Source: Candidatus Krumholzibacteriia bacterium (GTDB taxonomy: Bacteria; Krumholzibacteriota; Krumholzibacteriia; LZORAL124-64-63). From it: DNA of 64,000 bases. The stretch covers positions 4,210 through 68,209 of the forward strand of contig JANTFX010000005.1 of assembly GCA_024763215.1 (NCBI GenBank). The letters are read 5' to 3'. The notes beneath the pieces were generated by a model. It searched no databases. It saw only the letters and a program-made list of their open reading frames with translations, and had not been told where the DNA came from. The position numbers were made by a program, and so were the translations under genes. This document shows positions 8,683-18,600 of the stretch, piece by piece. How positions within the stretch are numbered: the stretch's first letter is position 1; every line of letters starts with the position of its first letter.

Positions 8683-10797
8683 ATGTCCAAGTATGCAAAG
8701 GCGATGCTGATCATGAGTCTGACCGTCGGGATGATCGCAGGTTGTTCGCGGGGGCCCAAGCCACCGGAAGCGGCCGTCAAACCCCATGAGATCGTGGCTC
8801 CGGCAGGCACCCGGGTCGATGACTACTACTGGCTCAACCAGCGCGACGACCCCGAGGTGCTGGCCTACCTCAACGCCGAGAACGCGTACCTGGACGAGGT
8901 CATGGCCCCGACCCGGGCGCTGCAGGACACCCTGCTGGCCGAGATGAAGGGCCGCATCAAGCAGGATGACGCCTCGGCGCCCTATTTCCTGAAGGGCTAC
9001 TACTACTACACGCGGTACGAAAAAGGCGGTGAGTATCCGCTGTACTGCCGGCGCCAGGGCAGCATGACCGCCCCCGAGCAGGTCATGCTCGACGGCAACG
9101 CCATGGGCAAGGACGAGGGCTATTTCGCCCTGCGTGGGGTGGAGGTCAGCCCCGATACGAAGCTGGTGGTCTACGGGGTCGATACCGTGGGGCGCCGGTT
9201 CTACGACCTGCACGTGCGCGACCTGACCACCGGCCGGGATCTGCCCGACGTGATCGCTCAGGTCACCGGCAACGTGACCTGGGCCATGGACAACCGGACC
9301 CTGTTCTACGCCCGGCAGGACCCCGAGACCCTGCGTTCGTACCAGATCCTGCGCCACGAGCTGGGCACAGACCCCGGCCAGGACGTTCTGGTGTACCAGG
9401 AGGACGACGACACCTTCACCTGCAGCGTCGACCGCACCAAATCCGACCGCTACCTGGTGATCGACTGCGAGCAGACCCTCAGCACCGAATCGCGCATCCT
9501 GGAGGCGGACAATCCCACCGGGAAGTTCCGGGTGTTCCAGCCGCGCACGCGGGATCTCGAGTATCACATCGACCACCAGGGCGACCGCTTTTTGATCCGC
9601 ACCAACCTGGACGCGGCCAACTTCCGGCTCATGGAGTGCCCGCTGGACCGCACGGATTTCGTGGCCTGGCACGAGGTGATCCCCCACCGGCAGGACGTGC
9701 TGCTGGAGGACTTCGATGTGTTCGCCGACTGGATCGCCCTGGAGGAGCGGTTCGGGGGCCTGACGCATATCCGGGTCAAGTCCGATGACGGGGCGCTGGA
9801 CAAGATCCTCGACTTCGACGACCCCACCTGGGCCGCCTGGATCGGCTACAACCCGCAGATGAAGACCGACGTCCTGCGCTACGGCTATTCGTCCCTGACC
9901 ACGCCCTACACCACCTACGACTACGATCTGGGCACCGGCCGGCGGACTCTCGTCAAGCAGCAGGAGGTTCTGGGCGGGTTCGATCCGGCGAACTACCAGT
10001 CCGAGTACCTGATGGTGCCTGCCCGGGACGGGGTGAAGGTGCCGGTCTCGCTGGTCTACCGCAAGGGCTTCCAGCCCGACGGCACCCACCCGTTGCTTCT
10101 GTACGGCTACGGCTCCTACGGCATCAGCATGAGCGCCCGCTTCAATTCCCAGGTGCTCAGCCTGCTCGACCGCGGCTTCGTCTACGCCATCGCCCACGTG
10201 CGCGGCGGCCAGGAGATGGGCCGCTGGTGGTACGAGGACGGCAAGCTGCTGAAGAAGAAGAACACCTTTTACGACTTCATCGACTGCGCCAGGTACCTGG
10301 CCGACCACAAGTACACCGCCACCGACCGCATGTTCGCCATGGGCGGGTCGGCCGGCGGCCTGCTCATGGGTGCGGTGGTGAACATGGCGCCGGACCTGTG
10401 GCGGGGCGTCATCGCCCACGTGCCGTTCGTGGACGTGGTCACCACCATGCTGGACGAGTCCATACCGCTGACGACCGGCGAGTTCGACGAGTGGGGCAAC
10501 CCCAAGGAGAAGGTCTACTACGACTACATGCTGAGCTACTCGCCGTACGACAACGTCACCCGGCAGGAATACCCGGCCATGCTGGTCACCACCGGCCTGC
10601 ACGACAGCCAGGTGCAGTACTTCGAACCCGCCAAGTGGGTGGCCAAGCTGCGCAAGCTGAAGAAGGGTGACAACATCCTGCTGCTGAAGATCAACATGGA
10701 AGCCGGCCACGGCGGCGCCTCGGGGCGCTTCCGGCGCCTGCAGGAGACGGCCCTGAGCTACGCGTTCATGCTGGATCAGCTGGGCATCGAACAGTAG
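8683..10797 (+). CDS. ptrB: oligopeptidase B / S9 prolyl-oligopeptidase-family serine peptidase, lipoprotein
   Basis: N-terminal lipobox LTVGMIAGC. DDYYWLNQRDDPEVLAYLNAENAY matches the PtrB propeller N-terminus. The catalytic region GGSAGGLLMG carries the GxSxGG serine motif. Confidence 0.8.
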   Translation: MSKYAKAMLIMSLTVGMIAGCSRGPKPPEAAVKPHEIVAPAGTRVDDYYWLNQRDDPEVLAYLNAENAYLDEVMAPTRALQDTLLAEMKGRIKQDDASAPYFLKGYYYYTRYEKGGEYPLYCRRQGSMTAPEQVMLDGNAMGKDEGYFALRGVEVSPDTKLVVYGVDTVGRRFYDLHVRDLTTGRDLPDVIAQVTGNVTWAMDNRTLFYARQDPETLRSYQILRHELGTDPGQDVLVYQEDDDTFTCSVDRTKSDRYLVIDCEQTLSTESRILEADNPTGKFRVFQPRTRDLEYHIDHQGDRFLIRTNLDAANFRLMECPLDRTDFVAWHEVIPHRQDVLLEDFDVFADWIALEERFGGLTHIRVKSDDGALDKILDFDDPTWAAWIGYNPQMKTDVLRYGYSSLTTPYTTYDYDLGTGRRTLVKQQEVLGGFDPANYQSEYLMVPARDGVKVPVSLVYRKGFQPDGTHPLLLYGYGSYGISMSARFNSQVLSLLDRGFVYAIAHVRGGQEMGRWWYEDGKLLKKKNTFYDFIDCARYLADHKYTATDRMFAMGGSAGGLLMGAVVNMAPDLWRGVIAHVPFVDVVTTMLDESIPLTTGEFDEWGNPKEKVYYDYMLSYSPYDNVTRQEYPAMLVTTGLHDSQVQYFEPAKWVAKLRKLKKGDNILLLKINMEAGHGGASGRFRRLQETALSYAFMLDQLGIEQ

Positions 10798-10843
10798 CCC
10801 ATAGCCGAGCCGCCTGCCGGCGGCCTGGTCTTCAAACCTGAGA

Positions 10844-10873
10844 GCACGGGCCGGAATAGGCCCGTGCTTTTTT
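10844..10873 (+). terminator. rho-independent terminator after ptrB
   Basis: A 9-bp GC stem gcacgggcc / ggcccgtgc with a 6-nt loop, followed by TTTTTT. Confidence 0.55.
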
Positions 10874-10940
10874 GTGGGGGCAGGAATGAGTTTTTAGAAT
10901 AATTTTTGTAAATAAAAAATATATCGTGTCGATAATCATA

Positions 10941-10968
10941 TGTTATAATAGATAAGCAATTATTGCTT
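10941..10968 (+). promoter_or_regulatory. extended -10 (TGtTATAAT) plus a perfect palindrome AAGCAAT-T-ATTGCTT inside an AT-rich island upstream of the S8 protease gene
   Basis: Positions 10880-10970 are about 80 % AT in a 67 % GC genome. tgttataat lies at 10941-10949. The 7-1-7 inverted repeat lies at 10954-10968, between the -10 element and the start codon. Confidence 0.35.
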
Positions 10969-11004
10969 CCAATCATGCAACCTGAAGCTGGACAAAAGGA
11001 TGTG

Positions 11005-14000
11005 ATGATGAAGGGATGGGCCGTGCGGGGGATCGTTTGTCTCGGTTTGGGATTGGTCATTTTTCCACTGGTTTGCCTTGCTGAACCCGTTGCCGGGACC
11101 ACCGAGGAGGCCGCCAACCGGGTCTGCATCCAGTTGACCCCTTTGGCCGCCGTGGACGCGAACAAGGCGCTGGCCGCCTCGCGGTCCCCGTCCAGCAGAA
11201 CCGGCATATCCTCCCTCGATGGGGTGACGTCAGCCATGGGGCTGAACCGCGCGCGCCGGATCTTCGATGTCTCCGCGGGCAAGTCCGCCAAGGACCGGTA
11301 TGGCCTGGACCGCTTCCTGGTGCTGGAATTTTCGGGTCCGGTGACCGATGCGGACCTTGCGAGCATCAAACGGGATCCCGCGGTGGCGGACGCCTGGCGG
11401 GATCATCGGGCGACCCCGGCCACAGTGCCCACCGATTCCCTGTACGCCGCCAACTGGGGCCACCACAACACGGGCCAGTTCGTGACCGACGCGGGGGATA
11501 CCGTCGGCACGCCGGGATTCGACGCCGGGGCTCCGGTGGCCTGGGACCAGGGCTACGGCGACCCTGCGGTGGTCGTGGCCCTGCTCGATACCGGTGTGGA
11601 TACCGGTCACCCGGACCTGCGCTTGACCTCGGGATACGACTTCGGTGACGACGACCAGGACCCCATGGATGATTGCGGCACCTCCTCCATGGGCCACGGC
11701 ACGGCCACCGCGGGTATCATCGGCGCCATGGCCAACGGCGTCGGCGCCGTGGGCGCGGCTCCCGGTTGCACCATCATGCCCATCAAGGTCATCCGGACCG
11801 GGGCCATCTCCGATGACATGAGCGCCGTGGCCGCGGGCATCCAGTACGCCGCCGACCAGGGGGCGGATATCGCCTGTCTGAATCTCGGGGTGCTCTCGGG
11901 CGCCTCGGATCCTGCCACCGACGCGGCCCTGCAATATGCCCACGACGCCGGCCTCGTGCTGATCTCGGCCACCCACAACCAGGACAACAACTGGATTTCC
12001 TATCCGGCGAACAACGCCCATGTCATCGCTGTCGGGGCCGCTTCTCCTTGCGGGGAGCGCAAGAGCCCGGCCAGTTGCGACGGCGAATCCTGGTGGGGAT
12101 CCAACTACGGATGGAACATCCAGGATGATCCCGGGGCGGTGGACCTGCTGGGGCCCACGATTCTGCCCACCACCGACATCACCGGACCGGCTGGTTACGA
12201 CGCCGGCGATTACACAGGCAGGTTCAACGGTACCTCCTGCGCCACGCCCTATGCCACCGGCGTGGCCGCCCTGGTCCTCTCGCAGAACCCCGGCTTCACC
12301 CCCGACATGGTCAGGTCGCGTCTGTGCGTCACGGCCACCGATGTGGTCAGCAGTGAAAGCGGGGTGGGGTGGGACCGCTACAGCGGCTACGGCCTGGTCA
12401 ACGCCGCCGGGGCGGTGGATCCCGCCTTGCCGTCGTTCCCGACAGCCCACTTCGCGGTGGACCAGACCTATGGATGCAAACCCTTCGTCGTGTCGTTCAT
12501 GGACCAGTCCTCCGGGGTCATCGATTCCTGGCTGTGGGACTTCGGGGACGGCGCGACCAGCACCGAGCAGAACCCCACCCACGCCTATTCCTACCGTGGC
12601 ATCTACCATCCGACCCTGACGGTGGCCAACGCGGGCGGCAGCGCCTCGTGGACCCTGCCCGATTCCATCGATGTCGGCAGCACTCCAACGCCCTACTGGT
12701 ACTTCAGCACCTCCAACGAGGGCACGGCGCCCCTGACCGTGGGGGTGCACAACGGCTCGTCGCCGGATCCGTTCACCTCGTCCTGGGATTTCGGGGACGG
12801 AAGTCCCGCCGACACCACCTTCGAGCCCACCCACACCTACACCCAGCCGGGGACCTACCAGGTGGTCCTGACCGTCAGCAACGAACGCTGCGGCTCGGCC
12901 GCGTCCCACGCCAAGACGGTCACCGTGTCCGCGCCACCCCCTCCGGGCGCGTCGTTCACCGCGGATGTGACCTCGGGCTGCGCCCCGCTGGCGGTGGCCT
13001 TCACCGATTCCATGGGCACCGACGCCGTGGCCTGGTGGTGGGAATTCGGCGACGGGAGCCCGGCCGATTCGACCCGCAGCCCCACGCACATCTACGCCGC
13101 TGGCGGGGTGTACTCGGTGAGCCTGACCGTCCGGGACGCTTATGGGCAGACCACAACCTTCACCCGCGCCGATTATCTCGCGGTGGATCAGGCGCCCGCA
13201 GCAGGGTTCGCGGCCGCCCCGACCAGCGGCGATTTCCCTCTGGCGGTGGCCTTCACCGACTCCTCCGCCGGCACGGTGGTGTCACGCCGGTGGGATTTCG
13301 GCGACGGCAGTCCGGTCGACACCACCGTCGCGCCCATCCATGTGTACACCCAGGCCGGGGCCTATTCCGTCCGCCTTGTGGTCAGCGGCGCCTGCGGAAC
13401 CGACACCCTGCTTGTTCCCGGCCTGGTCAACGTTTCCACCCCGGCGCCCCCCGTGGCGGCCTTCGGGGCGAGCCCTGCGTTCGGATGCGCCCCGCTGACG
13501 GTGGCCTTCAGCGATTCGTCCACCGGCGCGGTGACCTCCTGGCTGTGGGATTTCGGCGACGGCAGCCCCGCCGACACCACCCGGAATCCCATGCATACCT
13601 ATCTTACCGAGGGGTCGTTTACCGTGATCCTGACGGTGACCGGTCCCGGCGGTTCGGACACGCTGACGGTTCCGGACATGATCGGTACCACGGGTCTGCA
13701 CGCGGATTTCACCGGCTTCGTGCTGCCCGAGGACCCGCGCCAGCAGCCCTACACCCCGCCCATCGGCTGTGCGCCACTGATGGTGGGCTTCGCCGACTCC
13801 ACCGCCGGTCCGGTCATGGGTTGGCTGTGGGACTTCGGGGACGGCAGCCCCGCCGACACCACCCAAAATCCCCTGCACATCTACGGCCAGCCCGGCCTGT
13901 ACGATGTGACCCTGATCGCCACCGGGCCCTGCGACGCCGACACCCTGACGCGGGCGCAGTACGTCAACGTTGTGCCGCCGACGCCCATCCACGCGGATTT

Positions 14001-14526
14001 CAGCGCCACCCCCACGGTGGGGCCGGGTCCCCTGGCCGTGGCCTTCCATGACAGCAGCACCGGGTTCGAGGGCATGTACCACCTGTGGGACTTCGGGGAC
14101 GGTTCGCCTCCGGATACAACGGCCAACCCGGTTCATATCTATGACGGCGAACCCGGCAGCTACACCGTGACCCTGGTGGTGTTCGCGCCCTGCAGCACCG
14201 ACACCCTGACCCGGGTGGATTACATCACGATCATGGATCCCAGCGGGGTGGGGGATACCCCCGCGCGGTTCGCCCTGGACCGGGCGTATCCCAATCCGTT
14301 CAACCCCACCACGACCCTTTCGTTCGCCCTGCCCACGGGCCGGCACGCGACGCTGGAGATCTACGACGTCTCGGGGCGCAGGGTGGCGACCCTGGTGGAC
14401 GCGGACTTTCCGGCGGGCCGCCATAAGGTGGTCTGGCAGGCCGGGGCCGAGGCCTCGGGGGTCTACTTTGCGCGCTTGCGGGCAGGCCGTGACCAGGCGG
14501 TGGCCAGGCTGGTCCTGTTGAAGTAG
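11005..14526 (+). CDS. subtilisin-like S8 serine protease with 7 PKD domains and a T9SS C-terminal sorting domain
   Basis: AAGGA is followed by ATGATG at 11005, and the N-terminus is a signal peptide. The catalytic triad contexts are DTGVD, HGTATAG and GTSCATPYATG. Seven repeats of ...W.WDFGDGSPADTT.NP.H.Y... follow. The C-terminus is ...PNPFNPTTTLSF...GVYFARLRAG... Confidence 0.8.
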   Translation: MMKGWAVRGIVCLGLGLVIFPLVCLAEPVAGTTEEAANRVCIQLTPLAAVDANKALAASRSPSSRTGISSLDGVTSAMGLNRARRIFDVSAGKSAKDRYGLDRFLVLEFSGPVTDADLASIKRDPAVADAWRDHRATPATVPTDSLYAANWGHHNTGQFVTDAGDTVGTPGFDAGAPVAWDQGYGDPAVVVALLDTGVDTGHPDLRLTSGYDFGDDDQDPMDDCGTSSMGHGTATAGIIGAMANGVGAVGAAPGCTIMPIKVIRTGAISDDMSAVAAGIQYAADQGADIACLNLGVLSGASDPATDAALQYAHDAGLVLISATHNQDNNWISYPANNAHVIAVGAASPCGERKSPASCDGESWWGSNYGWNIQDDPGAVDLLGPTILPTTDITGPAGYDAGDYTGRFNGTSCATPYATGVAALVLSQNPGFTPDMVRSRLCVTATDVVSSESGVGWDRYSGYGLVNAAGAVDPALPSFPTAHFAVDQTYGCKPFVVSFMDQSSGVIDSWLWDFGDGATSTEQNPTHAYSYRGIYHPTLTVANAGGSASWTLPDSIDVGSTPTPYWYFSTSNEGTAPLTVGVHNGSSPDPFTSSWDFGDGSPADTTFEPTHTYTQPGTYQVVLTVSNERCGSAASHAKTVTVSAPPPPGASFTADVTSGCAPLAVAFTDSMGTDAVAWWWEFGDGSPADSTRSPTHIYAAGGVYSVSLTVRDAYGQTTTFTRADYLAVDQAPAAGFAAAPTSGDFPLAVAFTDSSAGTVVSRRWDFGDGSPVDTTVAPIHVYTQAGAYSVRLVVSGACGTDTLLVPGLVNVSTPAPPVAAFGASPAFGCAPLTVAFSDSSTGAVTSWLWDFGDGSPADTTRNPMHTYLTEGSFTVILTVTGPGGSDTLTVPDMIGTTGLHADFTGFVLPEDPRQQPYTPPIGCAPLMVGFADSTAGPVMGWLWDFGDGSPADTTQNPLHIYGQPGLYDVTLIATGPCDADTLTRAQYVNVVPPTPIHADFSATPTVGPGPLAVAFHDSSTGFEGMYHLWDFGDGSPPDTTANPVHIYDGEPGSYTVTLVVFAPCSTDTLTRVDYITIMDPSGVGDTPARFALDRAYPNPFNPTTTLSFALPTGRHATLEIYDVSGRRVATLVDADFPAGRHKVVWQAGAEASGVYFARLRAGRDQAVARLVLLK
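12440..14220 (+). repeat. seven tandem PKD-domain-encoding repeats (about 255 nt each) inside the protease gene
   Basis: Recurrent WDFGDGSPADTT / APLAVAFTDSS peptide blocks in the translation. This is a coding repeat. Confidence 0.5.
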
Positions 14527-14555
14527 TCCGCGCCGGGTCGATGCTCAGGTGGTGA

Positions 14556-15668
14556 TCAGGAAGATTCCGCGGCTTTCCCCAGGGAGTCCAGCAGCGCCTC
14601 GTTGGTAGGATGCCGGTCCAGGAGCTTGAGCAGCCCGGCCATGGCCCGCATGGGATCGCTCGCGGCCGCACCGCGCCGCAGCAGGGTCAGGGCCCGGTAT
14701 TCCTGCTCGGTGTAGAGCAGCTCGTCGCGGCGGGTGGCGCTCTTGCGCATGTCCAGGGCGGGGAAGATCCTCTGCTCGGCCAGCCGGCGGTCCAGGACGA
14801 GCTCCATGTTGCCGGTGCCCTTGAACTCCTCGAAGATCAGGTCGTCCATGCGCGAGCCGGTCTCGACCAGGGCGGTGGCCAGGATGGTGACCGAACCGCC
14901 GCCTTCGATGTTGCGGGCCAGGCCGAAGAAGCGCCGGGGTATTTCCAGCGCCTGGGAGTCCAGGCCGCCCGAGAGGGTGCGCCCCGAACCGCTGCCGTGC
15001 CGATTGAAGGCCCGGCCCATGCGGGTCAGGCTGTCGACCAGGATCACCACGTCGTGCCCGCACTCGAGCTCGCAGCGGGCCTGGGCCATGCACATGCCCG
15101 TCAGCCGGATCTGGGTGGTGTTGTCCTGATCGCTGCTGCTGGCCAGCACCTCGGCCGGCACGCGGCGGCGGAAATGCGTGATCTCCTCGGGCCGCTCGTC
15201 CACCAGCAGGGCCACGACCCGGGCCTCGGGGTCGTCCGCGGCGATGGCCACCGCGAAATCCTCCAGCAGCTGGGTCTTGCCCGTCTTGGGCGCGGCCACG
15301 ATCAGACCGCGGGTGCCGTGGGCCACCGGCGCCAGCAAATCGACCAGGCGCATGGAGGTGTTGCCGCCTGCGCCAAGGTTGAAGCGCCGCTGGGGGTTGA
15401 CCACCGTCAGGTCGGCGAACCGGGTGCGGGCCTTGAAGGCCTCGGGGGAAAGACCGCAGACCGAGTCCACCGCCCGCAGAACACGCCCCCGTTTGCCCGC
15501 TGAAGCTTTGCCCTCGACCACTGCGCCGGTGACCAGTCCGTGCTGCTTGATCAGCGCCGGGGGCACGGCCACGTCCGTGGGTGCAGGTTGCAGAGAGCGG
15601 GCCGGGTCGCGCAGGAAGCCCTTGCCTTGGCGCAGGACTTCCAGGATGCCGGTGACGGTTTCGGTCAT
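14556..15668 (-). CDS. rho: transcription termination factor Rho (370 aa; the N-terminal helix bundle is absent)
   Basis: Walker A GLIVAAPKTGKT. The Q/R-loop region, ...VDSLTRMGRAFN and the OB-fold start GILEVLRQGKGFLR all match Rho. Confidence 0.85.
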   Translation of the reverse strand: MTETVTGILEVLRQGKGFLRDPARSLQPAPTDVAVPPALIKQHGLVTGAVVEGKASAGKRGRVLRAVDSVCGLSPEAFKARTRFADLTVVNPQRRFNLGAGGNTSMRLVDLLAPVAHGTRGLIVAAPKTGKTQLLEDFAVAIAADDPEARVVALLVDERPEEITHFRRRVPAEVLASSSDQDNTTQIRLTGMCMAQARCELECGHDVVILVDSLTRMGRAFNRHGSGSGRTLSGGLDSQALEIPRRFFGLARNIEGGGSVTILATALVETGSRMDDLIFEEFKGTGNMELVLDRRLAEQRIFPALDMRKSATRRDELLYTEQEYRALTLLRRGAAASDPMRAMAGLLKLLDRHPTNEALLDSLGKAAESS

Positions 15669-15685
15669 GGCGGTTCCACCAGGGT

Positions 15686-18600
15686 TCAGGTCTTCAAAAG
15701 GGCAAGAAATTCCGGGAGGCGGTACCGGGCGTCCGCGGCGTGCTGGAGCAACAGCCCGCGTGCGTCCAGCACCGATACCACGTCAATATCGGGCTTCGCG
15801 GCCAGGGCCGCCACGCTCACGACCAGCAGCCATTCCTCGAATTGCTCCGCGTTGAAATATGTGACGCCCTCGTGTTCGTTCACCCCCAGGAGGATCCCGG
15901 CTTCCGGGGCTTCGAAGACAGCGGCCATCCAGGCAATTCGGCCCGTGGCCATCTCCTCCGGGGCGGAGGGGAGCGCGGCCAGCAACCGGGCGGCCAGGGC
16001 GGCGCGTGTGGCGGCGTGTTCGTGGCCGATCCATTGGCGCAGGGCTGCAGCGGCATCCTCGCCGACCAGATCCGCCGCTTCCGGGGGCAAACCGGTTGCG
16101 GGTTTGCGCGCCTCGGCGATCAGCCGCGCCAGGTAGACCGTCTGCAAGGTGCGGCTATGCGGCAGGGCCGCCTTCAGGGCTGCCAGTTCCCTCCTGGTGC
16201 CGGGCCCCAGCTCCGGGGGGATCTCCAGGCCGGACAGGTCGCAGAGCCTGCGGGCCAGCCGGTGCAATGAGTCCGGCAGCTTGTCCATCAGGGCCATGGC
16301 TTCGGACCCGGTGGCGTCCCCCTCCGTGCTCGCGGCGCACTCCAGGGCGCCGAGGATTTCCGGCGTCATCCAGCCGCGCACCCGGGCCAGCTCGGGCTCC
16401 AGTTCGAGGCGCAACCGGGCCCGGTGCAGGTCGGGCGCGCCGCCCCCCTGGAGGAATCCGGCCAGTTCGGCCCACCGCGCGCTGTCTCCGTCCAGCCGCT
16501 CGATGGCGGTGAAGGCGCGGTACTGGTAGCCGCGCAAGGCCGTGTGGAAGCCGTGCTCGCACAGCTCGCGGCCGTTGCGCAGGTACTGCAGGCCGTCCGC
16601 CCGGTCATGGAGGGCGTACCAGACATCGGGTTCGCAATCGAGGTTCAGCGCCTCGGCCAGGGTCATCTGCCTCAGATCGGGCTGGTCGGCGCCGCCGCGG
16701 TTGATGGCGCTCGATAGCCGGATGCGGCCGCTGGTAGCCTCGTAGGCGTTGTTGAAGATGATCAGCGCCCGCTCGTTGCCTTGGCCGTTCACATAGGCGT
16801 ACACGTTCTCGTCCACCCAGCCGTCGTCGTGGATGAAGTCGAACAGGGCGAAGTGTTCGGCGCCGCTGAACAGCCGGCGCAGCCGCATCAGCGGGAAGAT
16901 CTCGCGCTCGTGGCGCGCGACCATGTCCTGGTCGATCTGCTCGTCCCAGTAGGCCTTGCGGTACTCCATGCCGTACTTTTCGGTGAAACCCTCGATCTGG
17001 CCGTGGCCGATCATGGGCAAACCGGGCAGGGTCACCAGCAGCACCATGCAGCCGAAGTACTTGTCGCCACGGCCGAACTGCTCGACGGCGGTGCGCTCGT
17101 CGGGATTGTTCATGAAGTTCACGAAGCGCTGCAGGATGCCTGGGCTGAATTCCAGCACGTTCTTCAGCGTTTGCCTGTACTTCTGGTTGTCCTCCATCTT
17201 GAGCATGTTCATGAACGCGGAGTTGTAGACCCGGTGCATGCCCAGGGTGCGCACGAAGTAGCCCTCCATGAGCCAGAAGGCCTCGGCCAGCAGCAGGGTG
17301 TCCGGCGCCTCGGCGGCAACGCGGTCGACGACCTCGCGCCAGAATTCCACCGGGAAGACGCGGTCGAACTCCTGCTTCGTCATGCCGTGCTCGGCGCGCG
17401 AGGGGATGGCGCCGGCGTCGCCGGGGGCGGGGAACCACAGCCGCTGGTAGTGCTTCTTGGCCAGGGTCATGGCCGCGTCGAACCTGATGATGGGGAAGCG
17501 GCGGGCCACGTCCAGGATCACCCGGATCACGGCTTCGCGCACTTCGGGCAACAGGAAGTTCAGCTGGGCGGTGTCGTTCCAGGGCATGCTGGTGCCGTCG
17601 TTGCCGTGGTAGATGTAGCGCACCTGGCCGGTGTGGTCATCGATGCGCTGGAACACGACGGCGGCGTCGCGCTTGTCCCAGTACCCGTCCTCGATGCGCA
17701 CGGTCACCCCGGGGGTGGTGCACAGGTTGCCGCAGGTGAAGCGGTAGGACGGGTAGGGCGGATGGTCCAGCTGCAGGAAGTACTCGGGGTGTTCGACCAC
17801 CCAGCGGCTGTCGATGCCCATGTGGTTGGGGACCATGTCGCTGGCCAGGCGGATGCCGCGGCGGCCGGCGCGTTCGCTCAGGTCGCGCCAGGCGTCCTCG
17901 CCGCCCAGGTCGGCGGCGATGGCGTAGTCGTACAGGGAATAGGCGCTGGCGGCGGCCTCGGGGTTGCCCAGCCACTGCTTGATGGTGCGCGAGGCGGTCG
18001 AGCGCTCCCACAGCCCGATCAGCCACAGGCCGTTGACGCCCCAGCGCGCCAGCTTGTCCAGCTCCTGGTCGGGGATCTCCGCCAGGGTGCGTATGGGCCG
18101 CCGGTACCACCTCGACAGCTGGTCCAGCCACACGTAGACGCTCTTTGCCATCAGGACGACATCGGCCATCCAGGCGGCGTCGTGGCTGAAGGCCTCGGGC
18201 TCGTCCACGGCCTCGGGCCCCGGAAACTCCAGCACCGGCGGCGGGCCGGGCTCGCCCCCGCGGGACACGTCGGCCTCCTTCAGGACATCCAGGGCGAACT
18301 GCAGCCGCTCGAGCAGCTCGTCCGGCAGCAGGTGGGCCCAGTGGTCGCGGATCCAGGCCAGCTGGCCGGCCAGGGAATCGGGGCTGGCCAGCAAAGGCTC
18401 GCGCAGCAGATGGGTGATGGACGAACCCTGGCTACCGGGAGGTTCGAACTCGGTCAGATAGTCCTCCAGCCCAGTGACGAACGGCAGGAAGGAGGCCCGG
18501 CGGCGCAGATCCCCGTCGTCGAACAGGTGCTCGGCTTCCCGGGCGGCGGGGTTGGTGACGTTCAAAAACAGCAGGAACATCTCCAGGGTGGCCAGATCGA

